A stretch of DNA of 64,000 nucleotides from an uncultured Christensenella sp. (GCA_949298505.1 CASFWW010000023.1:1801-65800), one strand, 5' to 3'; shown: positions 22,951-32,907, numbered from the stretch's first letter. Notes: generated by a model not told the origin, from the sequence alone. Numbers and translations: made by a program.

Positions 22951-23931
22951 TCAGACCGTGTCGCCTTTTACGTATTCGCACGAAAGCTCCACGTCTCTCA
23001 GACAACCGTTCTCAACCGCGTCCACAATAAGACGCGCGGTTTCAACGCCAATCTCTCTGATCGGTCTGTTGATTACGGTCGGTTTCACGGCAAAGACGTC
23101 TGCGTCGTCTTCAAGATCAAGTCCGACGAACGAAACACTCTCTTTCCAATTTTCTCTGAACCTGTTCAGCGCGGTAAGCGCGCCAATGCTCATTTCGTAA
23201 TTGCAGACGAGAAAACCGTCGATCTCGGGATGCATTTCAAGCGCGTTCTTCATCGCTTCGAAACCGCCTTTTACGGTATGTTCTGCTTTAAAAATATATT
23301 TTTCTTCGTAAATACCCGCTTCTTCAAGAACTTCGCGATACACTTCTATCCTTTCTCTGAGCACAGTCACACGCGATCTCGCGTATATCAGCGCGATGTG
23401 CCGCCTTCCCTTCGCGACCATGTCTCCTATCGCCTTCCTGTAAGCGTCTTTGTTTTTTATGACGATGTGCGCAACGTCCTTTCTTTCTTTCATGGTGTTT
23501 ACCACGACGACGGGCTTTCCCTTCTCTCTCAACACATCGACGGCAGATGGAGCTCCCGATACCGGCAGCACGATGAACCCGTCCACCATTTTCGACAACA
23601 TGAATCTGAACGTCTGCTGTTCAAGTTCTTCGTCCGACCTGCTGTCGCATATGATCGTTCCGTAACCGTAATTCCTCAGTTCGTTCTGGACCTCGGCAAG
23701 AATATACATGGTGATCCTGGTGTACATATCCGGCATGACTACGCCGATCGTCTTTGACGACCTGACCTTGAGAGAGCGCGCGTAATCGTTGCGGATATAA
23801 CCGAGTCTCGCGATCGCGCTTTCTATCTTTTCCCTGTTGTATTCTCTTACTCTCTCTCCGTTGATATACGCGCTTATAGTCGCGACGGACAGACCGGTTT
23901 CCCTGGCAAGATCTTTAATGGTTGCGGACAT
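22951..23931 (-). CDS. LacI-family transcriptional regulator
   Basis: MSATIKDLARETGLSVATISAYIN HTH, hinge ARSL, sugar-binding domain; start set at the HTH Met. Confidence 0.92.
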   Translation of the reverse strand: MSATIKDLARETGLSVATISAYINGERVREYNREKIESAIARLGYIRNDYARSLKVRSSKTIGVVMPDMYTRITMYILAEVQNELRNYGYGTIICDSRSDEELEQQTFRFMLSKMVDGFIVLPVSGAPSAVDVLREKGKPVVVVNTMKERKDVAHIVIKNKDAYRKAIGDMVAKGRRHIALIYARSRVTVLRERIEVYREVLEEAGIYEEKYIFKAEHTVKGGFEAMKNALEMHPEIDGFLVCNYEMSIGALTALNRFRENWKESVSFVGLDLEDDADVFAVKPTVINRPIREIGVETARLIVDAVENGCLRDVELSCEYVKGDTV

Positions 23932-23974
23932 TTTTCTTTCCGATCCGGACGTATTCGGATAAATTGTTTTTAAT

Positions 23975-24003
23975 ATTATAACATGACGTTTGTCAAATTG
24001 CAA
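23975..24003 (-). promoter_or_regulatory. sigmaA promoter of the LacI gene
   Basis: TTGCAA-17 nt-TATAAT with an extended TG. Confidence 0.6.
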
Positions 24004-24035
24004 TATCAATACGCGCGCCGCGCATTATGATGCGC

Positions 24036-24068
24036 AAAAAAAAGGACGGGACAATTCCCGTCTTTTTT
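24036..24068. terminator. Intrinsic terminator after the glycosidase gene
   Basis: AAAAAAAAGGACGGGA-CAAT-TCCCGTCTTTTTT. Confidence 0.75.
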
Positions 24069-24083
24069 GCGTTTTTACCATGC

Positions 24084-25943
24084 TCAATCAAGATTGTCTG
24101 AAAATCTGATCTCCTGACATTCAAGGTTTCCTTCGACGTGTCCGACGACGGGCAGATCGAAAGAATACCGACGGGCTTTGCTTCCCGGATTTCTCAGCAT
24201 AAGAACGTACTTGCCGCCGTTTGCCGCGATATAGCCGTACACCTCTCCTTTTTCAGGTCTCCCGCCGAAAAAGCGTGAACGCGACAGAACGGAGAAATTC
24301 TTTTCTGCAAATTCAAGCTCGCGCGCCGCCGCTTTCCATTTTTCTTCAGTCATCATCTCAGGTGAAAAATAGAGTTCCGCAAGTCCGCTGCCTCTCATCA
24401 GACAACACTTCATATAAAGTGAAAATTCCTCGTCCGTGTAGGTTATCGGCTTATCCGCCTCTCTGTCTTTCATTGAAGCGTAGTTCCTTCTGGCATAGGT
24501 CGGCTCATGATTGTAAAGGTGAGCGGCAGGGAATCTGTACTGCCTTTTCACGAAAAGATCGCGGTATCTGCCGTCGCGGTAATTGAGACATCTCTGCATG
24601 TCGCTCCCTTTGCCTACGAAGTCCATGTCGGACGCATTGTTCATCCAGATGAAATCAGCCCACAGCAGAAACCACGGCGAGCAATGCGCGTAAGACGTCA
24701 CGTTCAGGCACACGTCGGGTCTGACTGCCCTGATCGATTCAAACCCTTTCAGCCATTCTTCCCACAGGTAAGTGTAAAACGCTATGCCGTCCCCTTTAGC
24801 CGGCGGATGATTGTGCCCGCTCTCTCTGCACGGAGCGTATGCGAAGCCGTCGATCTTGAAATATCCCACGTTGTACGATTTGCAGAACTCTGCCATTCTC
24901 GAGCACATCGCGGCGACGTATTCCGAGTCTGCTGTGCAGATGTCTCTCGATCTCTTGTTGACGTGGTAACCTGCCTGTTCCAGCAGTTTCGCATACTTGT
25001 AAGTCTGCGCGGTATATCCCCCTCGTGGTCCGAACCAGACCCCGAACTCTGCCCCCAGTTCCCGCGTCAGTTCCGCTTCTTTTGCAAATCCGCCGCGAAA
25101 CTTGGAATTGAATTCCCAGAACAGAGGTTTTTCGTATTCCGTCCACCCGTCGTCAACGACATAGCAGTCAAGCGCTCTGAACCCCGCGCGGGCAAAGCCC
25201 TCGGCGATAGCCGTAAACGACTTCTTTATCCTTTCCGACGTAATGTCCAGTTTGTTGTCATACCAGCTGTTGTACTGCACTCTGAAAACGGCTTTCCTCT
25301 TCACCCCGTCAAGATATGAAAAAAACGCGTCCGACACGTGCTGCTCGCCTTCTGCCCTTGCCGCTCCTGCGACAAACGGTCTCATCCGGTACTCCCCGTT
25401 TTCAGACAATTCACTCATAAGTCTTCCCGTGTGGTATCTGAAAGAAGCCTTACCGCTCCTTATCCCGTTGTCTCCCACGGGCGTCTCCTGCCCGAAAAAC
25501 ATATCTTTCAGAAAGACGGGTTGCCCCAGGCGCGCAACTTTTGCGGGGATAAACGTCTTTCCTGCGAGCGGAGCGGACCACCTGTACGCGTCTTTTTCAA
25601 CGGTAAGTTCCTCAACTCTGACTTCTTCGACGAATATTTCGCCGGGCGCGCGCAGGAACAGTTCTTTTATCAGCTCACCGCCGGGACGCGCCGTGTATTT
25701 TTCGGTTATCCTGAAGTCTCCGCTGACGAACGCAAGCCCGTCGTCCAGCCGCGAAACCTCGCATTGCGAAGAATAAAGGGCACGCCTTCTGCCTTTCCTT
25801 TCTCTCCAGAACAACACAAACTCCTCTTTCACATTCGTCCTGCCCGTCGTAAATGAGTTTTCATAAAAAGCTCCGACAAAAGCGCCCTGATCGAGATATA
25901 TCTCTTTTTTTACGTTATCCGAACAAAAACACACCTTTTCCAT
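24084..25943 (-). CDS. Clan GH-D (GH36-like) glycoside hydrolase, alpha-galactosidase or alpha-N-acetylgalactosaminidase-like
   Basis: YNSWYD, VVDDGW, GVWFGPRGGY, YFKIDG nucleophile motif. ATG at 25943 follows GGAGGT. Confidence 0.75.
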   Translation of the reverse strand: MEKVCFCSDNVKKEIYLDQGAFVGAFYENSFTTGRTNVKEEFVLFWRERKGRRRALYSSQCEVSRLDDGLAFVSGDFRITEKYTARPGGELIKELFLRAPGEIFVEEVRVEELTVEKDAYRWSAPLAGKTFIPAKVARLGQPVFLKDMFFGQETPVGDNGIRSGKASFRYHTGRLMSELSENGEYRMRPFVAGAARAEGEQHVSDAFFSYLDGVKRKAVFRVQYNSWYDNKLDITSERIKKSFTAIAEGFARAGFRALDCYVVDDGWTEYEKPLFWEFNSKFRGGFAKEAELTRELGAEFGVWFGPRGGYTAQTYKYAKLLEQAGYHVNKRSRDICTADSEYVAAMCSRMAEFCKSYNVGYFKIDGFAYAPCRESGHNHPPAKGDGIAFYTYLWEEWLKGFESIRAVRPDVCLNVTSYAHCSPWFLLWADFIWMNNASDMDFVGKGSDMQRCLNYRDGRYRDLFVKRQYRFPAAHLYNHEPTYARRNYASMKDREADKPITYTDEEFSLYMKCCLMRGSGLAELYFSPEMMTEEKWKAAARELEFAEKNFSVLSRSRFFGGRPEKGEVYGYIAANGGKYVLMLRNPGSKARRYSFDLPVVGHVEGNLECQEIRFSDNLD

Positions 25944-26361
25944 ACGACCTCCCGCGGCACGAAAGTCATGCGCCGCGACCTTTCTTACTCTATTGTAATA
26001 CTTACGGAGCGCGATTTCCATAGACGATATGAAATTGTTTGTATAAATTATATTACAAACCGCGTGAAGCCTGAAAATGCCGGCAAAAATCACAATTTAA
26101 TCCGTTTTTCCAACCTGCCCGACCGCGGGTCCGTCAATAATCAACACTGCGTACGCGGACGCGCCGCCGTCATAAATTTCCCGTTTTTACAATACGGGAT
26201 ATTTCTGTCTCCGTATATGCAACGATAACCGTTTTTAATCGTATGCGGATTCGGAAATTAATGGGGCGGACTGATTAAATATATCTGATTTATATAAACC
26301 GTTTTGTTTTTGCAGACGCTTTCTTGTCAGGTATGGATTTCTTCAAAACAAAAATACGCTA

Positions 26362-26390
26362 TTGACCGTTACGAGGCAATATTTTATAAT
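26362..26390 (+). promoter_or_regulatory. sigmaA promoter of the flavin oxidoreductase gene
   Basis: TTGACC-17 nt-TATAAT, followed by an AAGGAGGT RBS. Confidence 0.65.
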
Positions 26391-26418
26391 ATATACGGAT
26401 ACGCAAGGAGGTATTGAT

Positions 26419-28470
26419 ATGCAGGACAAATACAAAGCGTTGTTCACGCCGTGGAAAATATGCGACGTCGAGATCAAAAACAGGATCGTTCTATGCCCTA
26501 TGGGCGGCACGTCTCTGTTCGGCTGGATGGAGCCCAACCATTTCGACAAAGTCGCCGCCGATTTCTTTATGGAGCGCGCGATCCACGACGTGGGTCTGAT
26601 CATCCCCGGCATCGCGCCGCTCAAGGACCTGATCGGCGGAAGATGGCTCTACAAGAACAAAAAGATGTTCCGTCAGCTCAAAGACTATATGGTCGGATTT
26701 CACAAGACGGGCGCGAAGATGTTCATTCAGCTGACAGCCGGATTCGGCAGATCGTTTGCGATAACCGACATGATGGTGCCTCTGATGAAAAGCAAACTTC
26801 TCGGAGCGCTTGCAAAACCGTTCGTCGACGCTCAGTACATCTGCGCTTCGCCAAGCGAGCTTCCTTCACGCTGGGCAGAAGACGTAACCTGCCGCGCACT
26901 GACTAAAAAGGAAATACAGGACATGATTTACGCTTTTGCCGAGACCGCGCGTCTTTGCAAAGAAGCAGGCGTGGACGGCGTTGAAGTTCACGCGGTGCAC
27001 GAAGGGTATCTGCTCGATCAGTTCACCCTGCCCTACACCAACAAACGCACGGACGAGTACGGCGGCAGCTTTGAAAACCGATACCGTTTCGCCGTAGAAG
27101 TGGTCAAGGCTATCAAGGCGGCATGCGGAGAGAATTATCCCGTTTCTCTGCGCTATTCCGTGCTCAGCAAGACCAAGGATTTCTGCGTGGGCGCAATGCC
27201 GGGCGAGGTCTACGACGAGATAGGCAGAGACATGGAAGAAAGCGAAAAAGCGGCTAAATATCTGCAGGACGCCGGCTATGATATGCTGAACGCGGACAAC
27301 GGCACGTACGACGCCTGGTACTGGGCGCATCCGCCGGCATATATGCCCAAAAACTGCAATCTCGAAGACGTCGCGCACATAAAGAAATTCGTCGACATCC
27401 CCGTCGTATGCGCAGGGAGAATGGAACCGGACACAGCCGCGCAGGCAATCAAAGACGGCAAGATAGACGCTATGGGCGTCGCGCGGCAATTCCTGGCGGA
27501 CGGCGCCTGGGTCACAAAACTCAAAAACGATATGCCGGGCGATATCCGCCCGTGCATCTGCTGTCACAACGCGTGTTTCGCGATGGCACACTATAAAGGC
27601 GTTGCCAACGACGAAGCGTTCGAGGACGCGGCGCATATGGCGAGATGCGCGCTCAATCCGCAGACGATGCAGGGGCACAAGTACGATATAATCCCGGCTA
27701 AAAAACAAAAGACGGTCGCTGTCGTCGGAGGCGGCATAGGAGGTATGGAGACCGCGAGGATCGCGACTCTCCGCGGGCATAAAGTCACGATTTATGAAAA
27801 GACGGATAAGCTGGGAGGTGTGTTCATAGCCGCGGCGGCTCCCGATTTCAAGGAAAAGGACAAAGCGCTGATAAAGTGGTACATAAAGCAGATAAACGAC
27901 CTGAAAATACCAGTCAGATTCAACTGCGAGATAAAGGATATTTCAACTCTTAAAGAAGACGAGATAGTCGTCGCTACGGGCGCGGTCGCAAAAAAGATGA
28001 ATGTCAAAGGCATAGAGCGCGCGAAAGAAGCGGTCGAGTATCTGTCGGGAGCGGAAACAGGCGAAAACGTTGTCGTTATCGGCGGCGGTCTTACGGGCTG
28101 TGAAATAGCTTACGATCTCTTCCTCAAAGGAAAGAAACCCGTTATCGTAGAGATGAAAAACGACCTTATCGCGGTGCGCGGCGTATGTCTTGCCAACTCC
28201 TCTTATCTGAGAGATTTCTTCTTATATAACAAAGTTCCCGTTTACCTTGAAAGCAAGGTTTCCGAGATAGGAGAAAACAGCGTGACCGTCACCGATAAGG
28301 ACGGCAAAAAGACGGTACTCAAGGCGGACGACGTGATAATATCTGTCGGATACACTCCCGCGCCGTTAGCGGGCAAGGACAAGAGGGTATCTCTGGTCGG
28401 CGACGCGAACGGAGTGGGCAATCTGCGCACTGTCATATGGCGCGCGTGGGACGTCGCGTTAAAGCTGTGA
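26419..28470 (+). CDS. NADH:flavin oxidoreductase (OYE barrel + 4Fe-4S + FAD domains; 2-enoate reductase-like)
   Basis: KNRIVLCPM, EVHAVHEGYLLDQF, NKRTDEYGGSFENR, CICCHNAC, two GxGxxG motifs. ATG at 26419 follows the RBS. Confidence 0.9.
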   Translation: MQDKYKALFTPWKICDVEIKNRIVLCPMGGTSLFGWMEPNHFDKVAADFFMERAIHDVGLIIPGIAPLKDLIGGRWLYKNKKMFRQLKDYMVGFHKTGAKMFIQLTAGFGRSFAITDMMVPLMKSKLLGALAKPFVDAQYICASPSELPSRWAEDVTCRALTKKEIQDMIYAFAETARLCKEAGVDGVEVHAVHEGYLLDQFTLPYTNKRTDEYGGSFENRYRFAVEVVKAIKAACGENYPVSLRYSVLSKTKDFCVGAMPGEVYDEIGRDMEESEKAAKYLQDAGYDMLNADNGTYDAWYWAHPPAYMPKNCNLEDVAHIKKFVDIPVVCAGRMEPDTAAQAIKDGKIDAMGVARQFLADGAWVTKLKNDMPGDIRPCICCHNACFAMAHYKGVANDEAFEDAAHMARCALNPQTMQGHKYDIIPAKKQKTVAVVGGGIGGMETARIATLRGHKVTIYEKTDKLGGVFIAAAAPDFKEKDKALIKWYIKQINDLKIPVRFNCEIKDISTLKEDEIVVATGAVAKKMNVKGIERAKEAVEYLSGAETGENVVVIGGGLTGCEIAYDLFLKGKKPVIVEMKNDLIAVRGVCLANSSYLRDFFLYNKVPVYLESKVSEIGENSVTVTDKDGKKTVLKADDVIISVGYTPAPLAGKDKRVSLVGDANGVGNLRTVIWRAWDVALKL

Positions 28471-28502
28471 CCCCTGAAAAACTTCAAAGCAATACGCAAA
28501 TC

Positions 28503-28533
28503 AAAAGACCGGCTCAAAATCGCCGGTCCTTTT
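28503..28533 (+). terminator. Intrinsic terminator after the oxidoreductase
   Basis: GACCGGC-loop-GCCGGTC-CTTTT. Confidence 0.65.
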
Positions 28534-28578
28534 ATTTGAGATATTTTCGCCGTACGGAACCTTTACGGTTCGGCGCAT

Positions 28579-28600
28579 AAAAAAGAGCCTTGCGGCTCTT
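28579..28600 (-). terminator. Intrinsic terminator after acpP
   Basis: AAAAAAGAGCC-TTGC-GGCTCTT. Confidence 0.7.
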
Positions 28601-28606
28601 GAATTA

Positions 28607-28837
28607 TCACTTCTGATGTTTTTCGATATAATCGACTACGTCTCCGACGGTTACCATGCTGAGCACGGCGTCTTCTTCGATTTCAACACCGAATTTTTCT
28701 TCAGCCGCCATGACGAGTTCAACGGTGTCGAGAGAATCAGCCTGAAGATCTTCCTTGAGTCTGGTCTCCGCGCTGATATCGTCTGCCGAAACGCCCATCT
28801 GATCTGCGATTATTTGTTTAACCTGTTCGAGTATCAT
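28607..28837 (-). CDS. acpP: Acyl carrier protein
   Basis: DLQADSLDTVELVMAAEEKFGVEI; GGAGG RBS; own promoter TTGCAT-17 nt-TATACT at 28897..28925. Confidence 0.95.
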   Translation of the reverse strand: MILEQVKQIIADQMGVSADDISAETRLKEDLQADSLDTVELVMAAEEKFGVEIEEDAVLSMVTVGDVVDYIEKHQK

Positions 28838-28953
28838 AAATTTTAACCTCCGTACAACGGCGCCTGTATACCGCACGCCCTGTTTCTTACATGTTTAGTA
28901 TACCGCTTTATTACGCAATATGCAACAGATTTCTGACCTGACGATATTTTACA

Positions 28954-29418
28954 CTACGAAAACGGCGAAAATGTACTGATTGCCTGCTCTGCGTCAACGA
29001 CAGCGATCTGCCCGTCGTCACCGCCCGCAACGGCGACCGTGTACCCTTTTATGACGTAAGGATAGCGCGTTCCAGGCGTAAAATCGCCGCCTTTCCTGAC
29101 CTCGGAGAGCTTTATCCCCTCTCCGGTCAGCTTGCATTTCGCTTCGTACGCCGTCCAGTTGCGGACGTCCTTCATTCCGGCGGGGACCTTCCGTCCGTCC
29201 TTCTCGACGTCAATCCCGACGGGCATATCCGAGCATGCCATAACGACAAGTCCCGTGGTATGAGAAAATGAAATGCGGTAATTATCGCTGACGGGAGCGC
29301 CATTTTTTGTTCTGGTTATCTTCCCGACGGGCGCCATTCCTCTCTTTCCGAGCGCAACATCCGCCATTTCAGCCAGTTCGTCCGTCGTGACGCCTGATAC
29401 GGTATAGAATATCAGCAT
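28954..29418 (-). CDS. 4'-phosphopantetheinyl transferase (compact Sfp-like)
   Basis: G.P, ISFSHT, VGIDVE and WTAYEAKCKLTGEG motifs; adjacent to acpP. Confidence 0.8.
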   Translation of the reverse strand: MLIFYTVSGVTTDELAEMADVALGKRGMAPVGKITRTKNGAPVSDNYRISFSHTTGLVVMACSDMPVGIDVEKDGRKVPAGMKDVRNWTAYEAKCKLTGEGIKLSEVRKGGDFTPGTRYPYVIKGYTVAVAGGDDGQIAVVDAEQAISTFSPFS

Positions 29419-30920
29419 ATTTCGTTGTTTCTGCCGTACAGACAGTTGACGTAATGGAAATAGCCTTTATCAACGCTGTTCATCGCGTCACGCGTAGCCC
29501 TGAACGTCCAGTTGCCGTCCGCAACGCCGGGAGTATTCATTCTGCAATCCCCGCCGTAACCGCACAGATCCTGGAAAGGCACTACGGCAAGCCTGCAGCA
29601 ACTTGAAATAAGACGTCTTATGAATATCTTGGTCGCCTTGCAATCGTAACCGCCGCCCCCGAAGTCCTTGCGGTCGCACTCGATATATCTCAGCATATAG
29701 TCGAGAATGTTTTCCTTGAGTCCGTACATCCAGCCCAGAGTCGTGTTGTTGTCGTGAGTCGCCGTATATCCGACGCAGTTGCGGCTGAAATTGTGCGGCA
29801 GATGTATGCTGTCGCCGTCCTCGAAACCGAACTGCAAGACCCTCATGCAAGGAAGACCCAGTTTCGCAAGCAGGTCGTTGACCTTTTCGTCTATTATCCC
29901 GAGGTCTTCGGCAATAAAACAATCCTTGTCGTGTTTTTTGAATACCTTGGCGAACAGTTCTTCGCCGACGCCTTCGCACCACTCGCCGTTCTTTGCGGTG
30001 GTCTCGCCGTAATCGACCGCCCAATATTCGGAAAACGCTCTGAAATGGTCGATCCTGAGCACGTCGTACAGCTCCGCCATGCGGTCGAAACGCTTCATCC
30101 ACCACGAGAAACCGTCCTTTCTCATGTGATCGTAATCGTAGAGAGGATTGCCCCAGAGTTGTCCCTCTTCGCTGAAATAATCGGGCGGAACTCCGGCGAC
30201 CTTTTTCGGCTCCAGCCTTTCGTTGAGAAGGAACGCTTCCGGTTCTCCCCAGACGTCCGCGCTGTCCATGCTGACGTACATCGGCATGTCTCCGATAAAC
30301 TTCATTCCCTTTGCGTTGACGCGCTTCTTCGCGTCCTTCCACTGCTCGTCGAACAGATACTGCTCGAACACGAAATAGTAATATGCATCCGCGTTCTCTG
30401 AGATATAGCCGCGCTTTGCGCCTTCGTTCATACGCTTGTGGCAATCCTGCCAGTTCCACCAGGGAGCGCCGTTATAACTCTGTTTAAGAGTCATAAACAA
30501 TGCGTATTCCCTGACCCACGGCGCGCTTTTTTCAAACGCGGCGAGCTCGCATTTCAGCCTGTCTTTCACGTTGTCGTAAGCCTTCTTCAGCATCGTGCGC
30601 TTCGCGTTTATCACCTTGCCGTAATCGACGGCGTACGGATTGCTCTCCTCACACGCGCGTCTGTCATCTTCGGATATATATCCCTGCCCTGCAAGCGTTT
30701 CGGGGTCGATATACAGATAATTTCCGGCAAACGCGCTGACCCCGGAATAGGGAGAGTTGCCCAGACCTATCGTCGTGACCGGCAGGATCTGCCAGTAGTG
30801 AAAACCGCAACTCAGTGCAAATTCGCAGAAATCGTCGACCTCTTTGCCCAGACCGCCTATGCCGTAAGGCGACGGCAAAGAAGAAACGTTGAGTAAAATA
30901 CCGCTTGATCTTTTTAGCAT
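29412..30920 (-). CDS. malQ: 4-alpha-glucanotransferase (amylomaltase, GH77)
   Basis: RSSGILL, WQILP, SPYS, GVPPDYFS..GQLWGNP, RIDHFR, AEDLG, THDNNT. Confidence 0.95.
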   Translation of the reverse strand: MLKRSSGILLNVSSLPSPYGIGGLGKEVDDFCEFALSCGFHYWQILPVTTIGLGNSPYSGVSAFAGNYLYIDPETLAGQGYISEDDRRACEESNPYAVDYGKVINAKRTMLKKAYDNVKDRLKCELAAFEKSAPWVREYALFMTLKQSYNGAPWWNWQDCHKRMNEGAKRGYISENADAYYYFVFEQYLFDEQWKDAKKRVNAKGMKFIGDMPMYVSMDSADVWGEPEAFLLNERLEPKKVAGVPPDYFSEEGQLWGNPLYDYDHMRKDGFSWWMKRFDRMAELYDVLRIDHFRAFSEYWAVDYGETTAKNGEWCEGVGEELFAKVFKKHDKDCFIAEDLGIIDEKVNDLLAKLGLPCMRVLQFGFEDGDSIHLPHNFSRNCVGYTATHDNNTTLGWMYGLKENILDYMLRYIECDRKDFGGGGYDCKATKIFIRRLISSCCRLAVVPFQDLCGYGGDCRMNTPGVADGNWTFRATRDAMNSVDKGYFHYVNCLYGRNNEIC

Positions 30921-31064
30921 TTTTTGAAATTCCTTTAAAAATTTGGCGACAAGTATTGACTTATACGCCTGTAACAACTGTTTTAATTATAACACATCAG
31001 TGCTTTCCTATCAATAGCGATTTAAAAAAATCTCCCCCTTTATTCCAAAGAGGGAGAGAAAGCG

Positions 31065-32171
31065 TCAGGCATTGCGTTCTGCAAGACATTTTTCGAAAAA
31101 CGCGTTGATCTGATCCATAAAAGCGTCGTCTATCGCAAAAACCGTTTCCTTGTCGCTGTATTCGTATCTTATATCCACGTTGTACTGGAAAGTGTTGTAC
31201 TGCGAAGTCTTGACGATGTTGCTCTTCTTTCCGACAACGCTTGCCGCGATCTTCTTTTCGTCTTCGATCGGGCGGCTCATCGTGTGCCCTCTGTCCTCGA
31301 AAAGCAAAAATTCGGCTTTGGGATTGGTGATCTCGTCGCGGTGCGCCATGATCGAGCAGGAATACGGCACGGTCGGGTCGTCCTTGCTGTGAGAAACCAG
31401 GACTCTGCCTTTATATTTGTTTATGCCCGAAACGCCGGTGCCTCCCGCATATTTGCCGAACTTGACCTTTTCCACCAGCGTATTCCACGGCTTGTAGAGG
31501 ATCGCCAGCTTGCCGACGTATCTCTGCGCATGGAAATACATCGTATCCCACGTGTTGTTGAAGCCGCTCAGCGTAGCGACTCCGACAAGTTCGTCGTGCC
31601 CGTAGTTGAGCACGTTCGCGCTGGCGTAGCCAGACCAGCTATGTCCGTAGATAAGCACGGGCATGCCATTGAAACGTGACTGCGATTTTATAAACTCGAG
31701 CGCGTTGTGCAGATCGATCTTGGACTGATTGAGCCCGTAAATGCTCTTTCCTTCGCTTGTACACGTACCCGTCATGTCGAACGTGAAAACGTCGTACCCC
31801 TTGCGCACGAAATACTGAGTGCGGTTGAGGTAGCCGTCCATATTGCAGCCTATCCCGTGGCATACAAGCACGAGCGCTTTGCCTTTTTTGCCGTCCTTTG
31901 CGGTATAAAGATAGGCTCCCAGCTTGTTTTTCCCGGAATAAAAATCCATTTTCTCGCGTTTCATCACGTCCTTGTAATCGTCATAAGTGACCGTATTGCA
32001 CATAGGCGTAACCCGGGTCCCGAAAACGGCATCGTAAATTATCAGCGCAGCTACGTAAGGAATGACGACGGTCCATCCCAGCAAAAAGAAGACCGTAAAA
32101 AAGCCGATCTTCATAAGCATGGGAACTGTCCCCTTTTTCCTTCTCTTTTTAACCAGTTTTTTATCGTTCAT
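31065..32171 (-). CDS. Membrane-anchored alpha/beta hydrolase
   Basis: N-terminal TM helix, LVCHG, GHSWS nucleophile elbow, D (KDDPTV) and H (RGH). Confidence 0.8.
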   Translation of the reverse strand: MNDKKLVKKRRKKGTVPMLMKIGFFTVFFLLGWTVVIPYVAALIIYDAVFGTRVTPMCNTVTYDDYKDVMKREKMDFYSGKNKLGAYLYTAKDGKKGKALVLVCHGIGCNMDGYLNRTQYFVRKGYDVFTFDMTGTCTSEGKSIYGLNQSKIDLHNALEFIKSQSRFNGMPVLIYGHSWSGYASANVLNYGHDELVGVATLSGFNNTWDTMYFHAQRYVGKLAILYKPWNTLVEKVKFGKYAGGTGVSGINKYKGRVLVSHSKDDPTVPYSCSIMAHRDEITNPKAEFLLFEDRGHTMSRPIEDEKKIAASVVGKKSNIVKTSQYNTFQYNVDIRYEYSDKETVFAIDDAFMDQINAFFEKCLAERNA

Positions 32172-32332
32172 CTTTACCTCACATATAAATTATACCACGT
32201 TTGTATCTTTATTGCAATACTCGTATTCAGACAAAAAGCACATTTGACGGCTGGCTCCGATGATTTTCAGCCGCATTTCATATTATGTCCTATAAGCCAT
32301 GAACGACAACTGTTTCCCGTAGAAATTTTAGT

Positions 32333-32370
32333 AAAAAAATACGCCGTACGTTTCCGTACGGCGCAATTTT
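32333..32370 (-). terminator. Terminator of the ribosomal alpha operon
   Basis: CGCCGTACG-TTTC-CGTACGGCG hairpin with a flanking A-run just after rplQ. Confidence 0.75.
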
Positions 32371-32382
32371 GCTTTGTTTGAA

Positions 32383-32907
32383 TTACTTCTTCACGGGGGT
32401 CTCTTTTACGAGTTCGACGATCGCTACTTCAGCGCCGTCGCCGCGTCTCTGACCGAGTTTCACAACTCTGGTGTAACCGCCCTTCTGACCGCAATCGTTA
32501 GCACGCTTTGCATAGAAAGGTGCGTACTCTCTGAACAGCTTCTCTATGAGAGGATGCTTTACGGCTGCGAGGCGCTTGTTGTAATCGCCTTTGCTTTCCT
32601 TTTCGTCTTTGACGGGTTTCATCTCTCTGAGTTTAGCCATCATGGTACGTCTTGCAGCGAGCTTTCTGACGCCGTCAACGGTCTCCTCGACGGTGACGGT
32701 CTCGCCCTTTGCGTTGACCTTTTCTTTCTTCACTACCGCGACGTCCTCATAGGTGTTGATCGCGAGCGTGATCATTTTTTCTGCGTATTTCTGAACCTCT
32801 TTAGCTCTGCCGACAGTCGTCTCGAGGCGCCCGTACCAAAGCAGTTCCGAAGCCTGACTGCGGATCATAGCCATTCTTTGTTCACTGGTTCTACCCAATT
32901 TTCTCAT
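32383..32907 (-). CDS. rplQ: 50S ribosomal protein L17
   Basis: RKLGRTS..R, GRLETT..RAKE, GGYTRVVKLGQRRGDGAE. Confidence 0.96.
   Translation of the reverse strand: MRKLGRTSEQRMAMIRSQASELLWYGRLETTVGRAKEVQKYAEKMITLAINTYEDVAVVKKEKVNAKGETVTVEETVDGVRKLAARRTMMAKLREMKPVKDEKESKGDYNKRLAAVKHPLIEKLFREYAPFYAKRANDCGQKGGYTRVVKLGQRRGDGAEVAIVELVKETPVKK

Noticed and set aside
22204-23757. 517-aa plus-strand ORF spanning the orphan ORF and LacI
   Set aside because: Antisense to two better-supported ORFs, with composition typical of reverse-frame translation.
26099-26310. Repeated AACCGTTTT-like words between the glycosidase and the oxidoreductase as LacI operators
   Set aside because: Only partial palindromes in AT-rich DNA; not distinguishable from chance.
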